Shown here piece after piece: positions 13,709 to 25,385 of a stretch of DNA of 64,000 nucleotides (within the stretch, counting starts at the first letter, position 1; every line of letters begins with the position of its first letter). The translations under genes and the position numbers were made by a program. The notes beneath the pieces are model-generated. The model was not told the origin of the DNA. It ran no database searches and was given only the letters and a program-made list of their open reading frames with translations. Origin of the DNA: Octopus vulgaris (lineage: Eukaryota); assembly GCA_951406725.2 (NCBI GenBank), contig OX597824.1, positions 25,916,001 to 25,980,000 of the forward strand, read 5' to 3'.

Positions 13709-16036
13709 CACTGGTCAACAAAATTAAATGTATTATACTCATTATGAATGCAAACCAACATTTTTAGACTAATTTTTCATGCTGATTTCAAAATTTCACT
13801 ACATTTGTATGCAACACGTATCAGTTTTTCAGTAGAGACATGCAAATACTTAAATATTTGTATATATGAAATTTTCTTAACGTAATAAATAAGGACATAT
13901 TATTTTTAGGAAGTAAATTAGTTTATTGAGTTAAAAATCATCACTCTCATTTTGCAAAGAGTGAATACGCAAAAAATGGGTCAGACAAAATAAAATTAGA
14001 ACAACAGAGTTAGGAACACCGCAGGAAATCCAAAACACAATGTTTCTGATCTGGTTATCACAGTAAAGTGCTCAGCAGTAATCAGCCAGCATACTGTCAT
14101 TCCAGAAGCCTTGGTACTGCTTCTCCATAGCACTAATGTCCTGGAGAAAATCTTTCACCATGTTCATCAGACACTGCTCCAAGGTTATCTGCAAAGAAAT
14201 CCAGATGGTAGTCCAAGAAGTGAACTTTCAGTAACATGCGACAACCCATCGCGGAGTAACATTTCAGAAGATTTTTGATGCCATCCTTGTAGTCCATTGC
14301 CGTCTTGTTGCCCAAGAATTTCTCACAGATCTAGTTGAAAACATTCCAGGCAGGCAGTTCCAGTTCATCCAGTTGTTGTCTTGAAGTTGGCATCTTTATG
14401 TACATCTCTAATTTGGGGTCCAACAAAGATACCTTCTTTCAACTTCACCTGTGTGATTTTTGGAAACTTTTCTAACAATATACTCAAACCCTCTGGTATT
14501 TCTCTTCCCTAGTGTCTTTTTCAAACTATTTCATCAGTCCAAGTTTTATGTGCAAATGAAGCAATAGGACATTACATGGACCTACAAGAAGTGTATTCTT
14601 AACGCTATACTGTCCTGGCTGGTATGGTGTTCTTGTCTGCCAATTTGATTCTGAATAATGTCTGTCAGTTGCCTGACTATCCCAAAGACACAAGAAACAA
14701 CAGTATTTTGTGAAACCTGACTGCATTCCCATTAACATTCCAAAAACTTTTAAATCTTCACATATTTTCTATGAGTATCTTTCAAGGCAATGGCATAAAA
14801 TAAAAGTTCCATATTTTCATATGATTCATAAAGATTAATGGAGTGTGCAATAGGAATGGAGGGCTTCAAATTACCATTATGGAGAAGTACAGCTTTTAAA
14901 CTTCGTTTTGAAGAGTCAATAAACAAACGCCACTCTGCAGGATCATGATTTTGTGATAAACATTAGTCCTTCAATGTTACTGCAAAAACAAAGCAGGCCT
15001 TTAACAGAAAACCACTTTTATAGAACCACATTTCTCTGCCGAAAATAAGTTATATGAACACCATGCTCTAGCAGATATTTCTCTTTCAGTCTTGATGTCA
15101 ACAGTCCTGCTTTATCTTTTGAGAGGGATAGGTCTCTGACAAGGTTGTTTAGTTCAGCTAGGGAAAATTTCTGAGGTTCAAAGCTATCGTCATCAGCCAC
15201 ATAATCTTCCTCAGCAGCACTATCATGACAGTCAGTATCATCATCTGATGTTTCAATACCATCATCTAGTGGAACTGGAATTGGCAGGATTCCATTGTGA
15301 GGCACAGGTCTCATGGTAGAATCCAAATCGGGATACACAATTTTGTGTTTATTCTTCATAGAAAATCCTGTGACATTTACTTTGCATAAATAAGTTATTA
15401 AAATGGTCTTTCAGCTTCTTCCATATCATTGGAATGGCAAAAGGCCTGAACTTCTTATTGAACCGGTATGTAAGCCATCTGAGCAAGCTGAGCAGATAAA
15501 ATGTGGTGTCCAAGAGGACAGTCAAAGTATAGCTTATAAATCTTCTTGATCTATTGTACGTTTTTCAGCTTTCACAATACACTGTCCACAGACATCACAA
15601 AATACATCAGGTGGATTTCTACACTGTCTTGACATTGTTAACATTGTAAAACAAGTAAGGAAATAGATACAAACGGTTATACTTATATTGAATTTGAGCT
15701 GATGAAATATTTCATCAGACCAATTATGACTGGACAATTTGAGATGTTGAAATACCTATTTCATCAGACAATACTTGATTGGTTAATTTAAGATGATGAT
15801 GAAATATTGCACCTGAACTATGCAGCAATGAATAATATAGTTTATTTTAAAGGTATGTTTCCATGATGTAAATGAAATAGATGCATACACGTCATTGATT
15901 GGAATTTCTATATAATGCATGAACTAAAACCAAAAAACTTTCTCATCTTGAAAACTGTATATTTGAAATCAGCAATAAAAAGCTACACTAAGTACACCAT
16001 GACAGATGCTTGATGAAAAATACTTGTTGACCAGTG
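13709..16036 (-). mobile_element. Full-length decayed Chapaev3-type (CMC) DNA transposon
   Basis: Perfect 13-bp TIRs CACTGGTCAACAA (13709-13721) and TTGTTGACCAGTG (16024-16036), flanked by TAA and TTA (TWA-type target). Encloses a fragmented transposase. Confidence 0.88.
14040..15635 (-). pseudogene. Chapaev3-like transposase pseudogene
   Basis: Collinear fragments: MSRQCRNPPDVFCDVCG; IVYPDLDSTMRPVPH; ELNNLVRDLSLSKDKAGLLTSRLKEK; WRLFIDSSKRSLKAVLLHNGN; GMQSGFTKYCCFLCLWDS; HIKLGLMK; KLKEGIFVGPQIR; KVHFLDYHLDFFADNLGAVSDEHGERF; QDISAMEKQYQGFWNDSMLADYC. Multiple stops and frameshifts. Confidence 0.9.
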
Positions 16037-17094
16037 TTATCCAACAACAGCTCACTGATACTATTTCGCTATATACTCATAAACTACCTTATAGGTAAAC
16101 AAGGTATCAACTTGGTGGTGGCTACCTGTAAGAGGTGTTTACTTGTACTGTTTACACACCAGTCATAAACAAATAATTTGTAACAAACCATGGAAGCCTC
16201 GACACAGTTGCTCAACCTCCTAGAAATAATAGCCAAATCTCCCTTAAAATCACTCCTTAACATTTAAAAAATTTATAAAAGGAAAAGGACATAGACCTCG
16301 AAAGAGGAGGTGGTCTATGGCTGATCTATTTTTGATCATTGGCCAGCTTGATCAGGATTGACTTGGGGCTAAACAACAACAGCACCAAAGGCAGTGACAG
16401 TGATATCAATGACAGTAGCAGCAACGATGATAACATATAATGTGTAACAATTCACTTCCTCTTTGTACTCTGGCTAATCTTTGAAGCTAAAAACAATAAA
16501 GCAAAACTGCAGAATAAATGGAAGCAAAATAAAACATAAACACTATAAACTGCTATTAAACAACGAAAATTACCATCATATAACTAAAAAAACATTAGCC
16601 CTCATTCAATTATTGAAGTTAACTATTGCCACTTAGAATTGGTATTTACTTTAGAATCTCATCTCTTAAGTATCAGCCAAGTATAATGTGCTTTAAAACT
16701 AGATACACTAGTTGGTTAGCATTTAAGAGAGCATCTAGCTAAAAACACCTACTTCAAAGCAATATAGTAAAAGACAAGTAATGCTGTGCATAATTGAAAG
16801 TGACGTGTAACTCAAGCATATGGAAAGAATGGACATGAAATCAATCATACAAAACACTGTATTTACTGACTCATCACCGTTTCTTTCTACAATTTAGTAT
16901 GCTGTAACTAAGATCTTTCATTATTTCACTCCCCACCTCTCTCTCTCTCTCTCTCATAAGACTAAAAGAAAATTACACAGCCAATTGATGCAACCATGTG
17001 GCTGTGAAGTAATTATTTGATAGGATAAATGTTTTAACTAGACAAAAATATTAAATATTTCAAGAAATAGCCATACAATACACAGCCACTTTTC

Positions 17095-17330
17095 ATCATC
17101 ATCGTTTAACGTCCGTTTTCCATGCTAGCATGGGTTGGACGGTTCAACTGGGGTTTGGGGAGCCGGTGGGCTGCGCCAGGCCTAGTCTGATCTGGCAGTG
17201 TTTCTACAGCAGGACGCCCTTCCTAACGCCAACGACTCCGTGAGTGTAGTGAGTGCTTTTTACGTGCCACCTGCACAGGTGCCCGACGAGGCTGGCAAAT
17301 GGCCACGATCAGATGGTGCTTTTTACATGC
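17095..17330 (-). mobile_element. SINE family C (RTE-like 3' tail ending in (GAT)n)
   Basis: Reverse complement of the 20030-20275 and 63735-63992 type (catcatcatcgtttaacgtccgttttccatgctagc). Confidence 0.8.
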
Positions 17331-17955
17331 GAATAAAAAAACATATCTCAGTCTTTAAGGTGAAAGACATATAGCTTGGTGATTAGGGTGTTGCACTCAC
17401 AATCACAAGACCATGGTTTCAATTCCTGGACTGGGTAGTATGATGCATTTTTAGACAAAACTCTTACTTTTACTTTGCCCCAGTTCATTCAACTGTAAAT
17501 GAATAATAATCCTGCAATGGACAAGTACCCCATGATCTTAATCACTGTACACTTAATAAAAACCAGGTAACCAACCCACTGGATCCTATAACTCAAGACA
17601 GCAATGTCCAGGGGTTGATTATGATGTTACACAAAAGAAATTACTTGGATATTTTAGCACTGACAAAACTAGGTGTCAGAGGCATAAATATTTCTCCACA
17701 CGTGCTAGACCCAAGAAGACATGGGACAAAGTGGTGAGAAAAGACCCAGGAAGATATGGACGAAGTGGTGAGAAAGACACTGAGCCTCACTGAGGAAATG
17801 ACACGAGAGATGACAGAAGATGTGGTGATTTGCTGTACTTGGTGAGACATGTGAAGCTAAGTAAAATCACTGTCTTTCACACATACAGGCTTTCCTTTTC
17901 AGATGCCTGTGCCACATAAAAAGCACCCATGCTGGTGGCACATGGAAAAACACCC

Positions 17956-18108
17956 AGCTGTGTGGTAAGGTAGCTTGCTTACCAACCACACGGTTCCGGT
18001 TTCAGTCCCACTGCGTGGCACCTTGGGAAAGTGTCTTCTACTATAGCCTCGGGCCGACCAAAGCCTTGTGAGTGGATTTGGTAGACGGAAACTGAAAGAA
18101 GCCTGTCG

Positions 18109-18140
<32 letters not shown>

Positions 18141-18395
18141 AATATGCGTGTGTGTGTGTGCGTGTGTGTTTGTGTGTCTGTGTTTGTCCCCGCAACATCG
18201 CTTGACAACCAATGCTGGTATGTTTACGTCTCTGTTACTTAGCGGTTCGGCAAAAGAGACTGATAGAATAAGTACAAGGCTTACAAAGAATAAGTCCTGG
18301 GGTAGATTTGCTCAACTAAAAGGCGGTGCTCCAGCATGGCCGCAGTCAAATGATTGAAACAAGTAAAAGAGTAAAAGGGAGTAAGAGTAAAGAGT
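17956..18395 (+). mobile_element. SINE family A, near full length
   Basis: High identity to 52054-52465; ends in a (gagtaaaa)-type tail. Confidence 0.9.
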
Positions 18396-18944
18396 AAATA
18401 AATAACACACAATAACTGCAATTGGATACACAGATACTTTTTTTTTTTTAGATATATATTTTAGTAGGGTACTCAGAAAGATTACATACGGAAGGTAAGA
18501 AAAAAATTGTATCTTAAATATATCACTTGGCTCATTTAAATTCGAAGATGAAGCAGTGAAATCTAATTATATAAATCAAATCAATAGTAATTCTTTGCAG
18601 AATTTCAAACTTTTGACCTTTTCAAATGAGAGATACTACAGAAGTAAAGCTTGCTCACAACTATATAGCTCTACTAGCTATTCCAGCTCTAACATATCCT
18701 GCCATAAGAAATGAATATAGATACGTGTGTGTGTGTGTGTGTGAACGTTTTAGAAATTTTGTGTTTTTTTAACAAGTTATTTTGCTACATTAATGGGTAA
18801 AGTTCAGGGAAAATTAAATTGTTTCAAGAAAACAAAATGCAATAGGAATAATATTCACAGAGTTACGTAGCATCATGATTTGCTTAGAATTTTAGTGGCT
18901 TTAATAGCAGTGCAAAATCTACATTCAAACCCTAAACCTGTGTC

Positions 18945-19410
18945 TTTCATTTGTTTCAGTCATTGGACTGCAGCCATGCTGGAGCAACATCTTGAAGGAT
19001 TTCATTGAAAAAAAAAAAAATCAACCCAAGTTCTTTTGTTTTTGAAGTCTGGGACTTATTCTGTTGGTCTCTTTTGCTGAATCACTAAGTTATAGGGATA
19101 TAAACAAACCAACACCAGTTGTCAAGTGGTGATGGTCACACACACACATACATAGACTTCTTTCAGTTTTTGTCTACCAAATCTACTCACAAGGCTTTGG
19201 TTGGCCTGAGGCTATAATAGAAGACATTTGCTCAAGGTGCACAGTAGAGGACAAACACACATACACAAAGTGAAGGGTTTCCACACAGTTTCTATCAATT
19301 AAATTTATTCACAAATCATAGCCCAACATGCCATACAAAGGGACTGAACCCAAAACCATGTGGTTGCAAAGCAAGTTTCTTAACCACACAACAATGTCTG
19401 CACCTACATA
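18945..19410 (-). mobile_element. Degenerate SINE family A copies
   Basis: ttgtttcagtcattggactgcagccatgctggagc, caaggctttggttggcctgaggctata, gggactgaacccaaaaccatgtgg. Confidence 0.75.
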
Positions 19411-19730
19411 AGAAAACTTTTTCCACTTGTTAACTCATTAACCTCTTAGTTGATATTTCTACCAATTACTTTAACAGTATGGGAACATGGTGTACAATTA
19501 ATTTGCAGTACTTTAATTAATTTGCAGTATTTTATTCTCTGTGAAAGTCTTTTATATTCCAGTTTCTATTAATAAAAAAAAAAACTAGTCAAATTCAAAT
19601 AAATACAATTCAACTTAAATAAGATTTTAGTAAATAAAAACTAATTAACTTTAACCCTTTAGCAGCTAGATTACTTTGTCAAATGTAATGCTTATTATAT
19701 ATTCACATTACTTTGAATTAATCATGCATT

Positions 19731-19923
19731 AGCATCCAGAAAAATGGTCACAGGAAAAATTACTATTACTTGTTTTGCATGTGTATAGTTGGTTTGTTTG
19801 TACGCAGCGCCTGCTCACTCACAGAGCACCAGTTCAGAAGCAGACAATACCAAAAATAAGCTCAATAGGTACTTTACTTAGCAAGCAATAGCAATTTTTC
19901 CTGCATCCATTTTTCTGAACGCT
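19731..19923. mobile_element. Small TIR element (~193 bp) inserted into a TTAA-MITE fragment
   Basis: 30-bp imperfect TIRs (25/30) agcatccagaaaaatggtcacaggaaaaat vs agcgttcagaaaaatggatgcaggaaaaat; direct repeat atgcatt at 19724-19730 and 19924-19930. Confidence 0.75.
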
Positions 19924-20029
19924 ATGCATTAATGGGTTAATGTTGCAATTGTTTATTTTCACAATAACATCATAGGATGCCAGGGGGGTCCGGCATCGGC
20001 CACGATCGGTTGGAGCTTTTAACATGCCG

Positions 20030-20275
20030 GTGGCACGTTAAAAGCTCCAACCGATCGTGGCCGATGCCGGACCCCCTGGCACCTGTGCAGGTAGCACGTA
20101 AAAAGCACCCACTACACTCGCGGAGTGGTTGGCGTTAGGAAGGGCATCAAGCTGTAGAAACTCTGCCAGATCAGACTGAAGCCTGGTGCAGCCCCTGGCT
20201 TCCCAGACACCGGTCGAACCGTCCAACCCATGCTAGCGCGGAAAACGGACGTTAAACGATGATGATGATGATGAT
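20030..20275 (+). mobile_element. SINE family C with (GAT)n tail
   Basis: gtggcacgt-aaaagc repeats, ggcgttaggaagggcatc, ggacgttaaacgatgatgatg end. Confidence 0.85.
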
Positions 20276-20819
20276 TGGTACAAGAGGTCAGATATGGCCA
20301 GTTTGAATATAAACTAGATGGAATAATTTGGGCCTGATATGGCTGGTGGGAGTACAAAAGAGTTAGATAAAAAGTGTCAAAGAAAGATCACAGAAAAGTT
20401 TAAAGAAAGATCTAGTAAAGATCCAATGAATAAAATTATATTAAAAATAAAAGTAAAATAAATTGTGTGCTGTTCTTATAGGAAGAGCAGCATTGTTTTA
20501 CTCGCCTTAGTTTGTGTGACTAAAATATACCAGTCTTCTAGATTGTAACCATGCTGGGGCACTACTTTGAAGGATTTTAGCCAAACTGCTAAGCTATGGG
20601 GGTGCGTAAACAAACCAACTCTGTTTATCAAGCTGTAGTGGGAGCAAAATACCAAAACTCACATGCACATACCTGTGTGTGTGTGTGTGTGTGCATGTGC
20701 ACACGTGTGTGTACACACACAACAGGTTTCCTTCAGATTCTGTGTACCAAGCTCCTTGTGGGCAATAAAGAAATAAGAAACTGTATGGAAGTCTATCATT
20801 ATATATACACACACACACA

Positions 20820-20821
<2 letters not shown>

Positions 20822-20895
<74 letters not shown>
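20822..20895. repeat. Pure (TG)n microsatellite
   Basis: Directly visible. Confidence 0.97.
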
Positions 20896-20897
<2 letters not shown>

Positions 20898-22164
20898 TTT
20901 GTCCTGATGTATGTCTCCCAATCCCACCATTACTTGACAACTGTTGTGTTTATGTCCCTGTAACTTAGCAGAATGAGAAGAACCAAACTTAAAAAAATAA
21001 GTACTGGGATTGATTTATTTGACTAAAACTTTTCAAGGTAGAAGCTCCAGCATGGCAGAAATCCAATGAATGAAACAAGTACGAGATAAAAGAAAGAAAG
21101 AATTGACTATTGTTTCTGGAGAGAGAGATGGGGTAGAGTGTGTGTGTGTGTGCGCGCGCGTGCATGTTTCTTCAAAGATACAAACAGAATGACTGAGGAA
21201 ACGTAAAATCTAAATAAGCTTTAAAGAAATTACCTAAGCCATGTATGTATCCAGCAAATTTTCCTTATTTCCTTCCCTAAAATTAGTAGTTTTTAAATAA
21301 AATATATACATCAATGATACTAGTACGGCCATCTGATTAAGAAGTTGGTTTCTCAATCATGTCACTACAGGTTCGATATCACTGCACAGCAGTTTAATCA
21401 AGTGTCTTCTACAAAAGAAACTTGGGTCAATTTGACCCTTGTGAGTGAAATTAGGTAGAAAGAAACTCTACTCAAGACTTGACATGCCATGCTTTCTCAC
21501 ACCCTGCCTCACCAGGCTTGGAAACCTTGCAAAAACTGAGAGTGCTGACCTTATGACTAAGCTGTATAAATATACACATCTACAGAGTAATAAATTATTA
21601 ATGCAAATGCTTAAGGTATGTATTCGCAAAAGCTGATACATTTACAAAGCAAAACTAAATTGTTATCCAAACATAAGTAAATAAATGAACAAGTAGAATA
21701 TTTGATCAAGAGATTGTTTATGTTTGCTGGTGTAGGCCACTAGTTTTTGACATTAGTCAACAACAAAGAACTGCTTTTGTTACAAATCTAATGAATTCGT
21801 AAATTTGATCTTGCAGTCTTTTGTATGTAATCCAAGTATCTGATGATATAGCTTTCGTGTAGTGTCTTGAAACCTTCCATTTTCAACTTGGTTGTCAGCG
21901 CTGTTATCACATCATAAAACATGGGTTTTCCTTTGTGAAAGAGTCTGGGAAACTTGACATAAATGTAAATGCCTGTTCTAGGATTTGACCTTTTGATAGG
22001 CCAGGGAGGTGATTGTTTCAAAAACTCTTGGTCTTGTTTATATTTCCCCATCTCTAATTGCTGCAACAGTCCAAATTAGACAGTAAATGAGATCCTCCCC
22101 CACCTCCCACAAGATCAAAGCTGGCCTGAAATGGTTTCAAGAATTGTCCTTCCTCAAACTAAAT

Positions 22165-22595
22165 ACCTTTTGTTTCAGTCATTAGGTTGCGGCCATACTA
22201 GGGCACCACTTTGAAGTGCATAGTCAAACGAATCAACTCCAGTACTTATTTGTTTTGAACTTTGTACTTATTTTATTGGTCTCTTTCTTTAAGTAATGAG
22301 CGAGGCATGGCTCCAGAAGGAACAAACAACAACAACATACAGATTATAAAAAAAAAAAGAAAAAAATATAGCGACATAAACAAATCAACACTAGTTGTCA
22401 AGCAGCATGGGCGACAAACAAACACACACACACACACACACACACACCTTTCAGTTTCTGAATACCAAATCCACTCACAAGGCTTTGGTGAGTCTGGGAT
22501 TATAGTAGAAGACATTTGACCAAAGTGCCATACAGTAGGACTGAACCTGGAACCATGTGGCCGGGAAGCAAACTTCTCACCACACAGCCATGCCT
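22165..22595 (-). mobile_element. Degenerate SINE family A
   Basis: Matches family A blocks (ccaaatccactcacaaggctttgg, ggactgaacctggaaccatgtgg). Confidence 0.75.
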
Positions 22596-22922
22596 GATCC
22601 TTCATGTGCTTCTGGAGCACAAAAGAAAACCAAACAAAATGTTATAGGAAAGATAAGGAAATCATGTAAAAGTAGTCTAAAACCATACTGGAGCAGTTAT
22701 TTTACTGCTCCATGACTTACACAAGCCATAAGAGCAAGCTGTGGCTCACAGGACTTTCTGAATGAAGTGCCAATGAAATATTATCTTGAACTGTTTTTTT
22801 TTTTAGTAGTTTGACCTGCCTGACAATGAGCCATGTCTCAGGTGACCCACCTCTCAAAAGAGGTCGGCTATGCATACCTTACAGAAATCACTCAATTATA
22901 TACAATAAGTATATAGTTTTAA

Positions 22923-23150
22923 GGCGGCGAGCTGGCAGAATCATTAGCACACTAGGCGTAATACGTAGCCGTATTTCGTCTGTCGTTACGTTCTGAGTTC
23001 AAAATTCCGCTGAGGTCGACTTGCTTTTCATCCTTTCGGGGTCGATAAATTAAGTACCAGTTACGCACTGGGGTCGATATAATCGACTTAATCCCTTTGT
23101 CTGTCCTTGTTTGTCCCCTCTATGTTTAGCCCCTTGTGGGTAATAAAGAA
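22923..23150 (+). mobile_element. SINE family B, full length, 14-bp TSD
   Basis: ggcggcgagctggcagaatc...gttctgagttcaaattccg...gaggtcgacttgcttttcatcctttcggggtcgataaattaagtaccag; tatatacaataagt at 22897-22910 and 23154-23167. Confidence 0.92.
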
Positions 23151-23285
23151 ACATATATACAATAAGTTGTTATTTTCAGCTGGTATAACTAAGTCAAATA
23201 GAAATGTATGTAATTTAATCAATGTTTGATCTCACGAGATTTTCATTGCTACAAGTTGGTATTCAGTCAACAAGACTGCTTTTAA

Positions 23286-23485
23286 CCCTTTAGCTTTCAA
23301 ACTGGCTATATCTGGCCAAAATATTCAACTTGTTTTATGTTGAAACTGGTCAGATCCAAGCTCTCATACCTACCCTACAATGTTATTCTAAAAATAAACA
23401 ATTACATCATTAAGAATCTCAAAGCTACAATATAGTGCGAATAAATAAGAATTACATTTGACAGAGAAATCTGAATGCTAAAGAG
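23286..23485 (+). mobile_element. TTAA-targeting MITE family A
   Basis: TTAA-ccctttagc ... gctaaagag-TTAA. Confidence 0.85.
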
Positions 23486-24219
23486 TTAAAAATGTCAAAC
23501 GTTCAAAAGAGCAGCTATCAGAAATGCATTGAGGAAACATAATATTCTAAGTGTTTGTGTGTTTTGTTTGTGTGTTTTTTGTGTGCATGTAAGTGAGAGA
23601 GAGAGAGAGTGGGGAGGGGGGGAAGATTAATAGCTTTCTTTTCGATGCAGTTTATGATTTTGAGGATCTATAGGAAGTACTCCATCACAAATAGGAAAGT
23701 ACTACTCTACATAGTTAAGTCAACTGCTCAAAGCTAAAATATTATATCTTTGCTCTAAAGAGAAGAAAAATAAAAATCAAGTTTCTCTGGTGAAACAATA
23801 GCAATGTTAAGAATATAAATTTCCAATAGAAGCTACTAAAAACGGTCAATTGTAACATATGTATAAAAAAAAATGTTGGGGACACTAGCTGTTCATAAGT
23901 AGAAATTAATAGTGGTTAGCCTATCATAAAAGAAATAATGTTTATATTTTGATGCCATTAAACAATATCATATTGTCAAATGCTCATTAGAGAACACAAT
24001 GAAGCTACCATATTTATGTAAAATGTGAATTCTAGTGAGAATTACAGATATAAGTAGTGGACAGTATATTAGTAGGCTGTGGAGTTAAGAAACCCACTAT
24101 GCAACCACATAGTTCCAGGTTCGGGTCCACTGCACAGTGCCTTGGGCAAGTGTCTTTTACTATAGCTTCAAGCCTACCAATACCTTGGAAGGGAATTTGA
24201 TAGAAGGAAACTGTGGTAT

Positions 24220-24700
24220 AAAAGATGGGTCACAGCAAATATTCAGCTCAATACCACAGATTTGCTTGTCAGTTGCTTGACCTTAACTGGCTGAGCATGT
24301 CCCTTAGTGGTTGACAGTATGTGCATATCTGATCACAAGCAGAAGTAGTGGGGGAGCATTGTAGCCATGTGTTGAAAGGAATTCTTGGGGGTTTGGAAAA
24401 TTCACCTCTAGAAATATGGGTGTCTCGTTCAACATCCTTAAACAACCTTTATTCAGGGATCTTTTGAGTGAGATGGGCTACTCGACCTGAAGAAAATTCC
24501 AACTGGGCCCCACCTGCAAGGTCATGTGCTGTTAATCTTGATAGGAGACCACCATGTCGTGCACATATGGTTGTGATGCATGTGCCTGGTGTACCCTTAT
24601 CAGACGGGTAGTCATGATGAGTATACTGGGCTTCATATATTTTATCCCAGTGTCACTTTGATGGCATGCACTGCTCTCTCATTCAATAATAATAATAATA
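24220..24700 (+). mobile_element. Interspersed repeat, probable LINE 3' UTR ending in (TAA)n
   Basis: Its 3' end (gtgtcactttgatggcatgcactgctctctca-tcaataat) recurs at 43213-43262; it interrupts a SINE A fragment. Confidence 0.6.
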
Positions 24701-24900
24701 CAAGCCACTAAAAGATGAGATTGCATGAATATGGGAATGTAGACAGTAACTCTCATACAAGTAGTTGCAGAAGTACTGGAAACATTAACAACCAGATTTG
24801 AGAAATTTGTTAGAGAAATTGAGATTGACATGAAGGTAACTCATGCTCAGAGAACTGCTTTAATGGGGACGAGAATTTTGAGACTGGTACTTGGATGTTA
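24700..24900 (+). pseudogene. R4/Dong-like non-LTR retrotransposon C-terminal (restriction-like endonuclease) remnant
   Basis: Hand translation KPLKDEIA*IW...TVTLIQVVAEVLETLTTRFEKFVREIEIDMKVTHAQRTALMGT-RILRLVLGC* resembles the VVIGALG...QKxALLGTARILRxVL tail; it sits among (TAA)n repeats. Confidence 0.65.
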
Positions 24901-25229
24901 AGTATCATGGGAAGAGACCTTGTAAGACCCTTGACAACAGGTTATTATCTGCTTGTACAGAATCAAATGAAGCAAATGAAATTGATAGCCCTGAGAAGTA
25001 ACATGGAAATAATGGCAATAATAATAATGATAATAATCCTTTCTAGTATAGGCACAAGGCCTGAAATTTGGGGGAGGGGACTAGTCAATTACCTGGACTC
25101 CAGTGCATAACTGGTACTTAATTTATCGATCCCAAAATTTGAACTCAGAACACAAAGACTGATGAAATGCCACTAAGCATTTTGCCCAGTGTGCTGATGA
25201 TTTTGCCAGCTCACCACCTCAATAACAAC

Positions 25230-25232
25230 AAC

Positions 25233-25272
<40 letters not shown>

Positions 25273-25385
25273 CCCTAGGTGTATGGAAAACACTCGGCGA
25301 GAAACAGAAGAAAATTTTAACAAAGAAGGAAAGAACATAATAATAATAATAATAAAAATAATAATAATGATAATAATAATAATAA
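25230..25385. repeat. (TAA)n microsatellites
   Basis: Directly visible. Confidence 0.9.

Noticed and set aside
17899-18357. Recurrent peptide RLPNPLTRLWSARGYSRRHLPKVP / SVYQIHSQGFGRPEAIVEDTCPRCH in many ORFs, resembling a gene family
   Set aside because: It is the antisense translation of SINE family A.
21788-22066. 92-aa minus-strand ORF in non-microsatellite DNA, with a CTGATGA...GAAA pair on plus
   Set aside because: No recognisable domain or clear splice sites, and no stem II can form between the cores.
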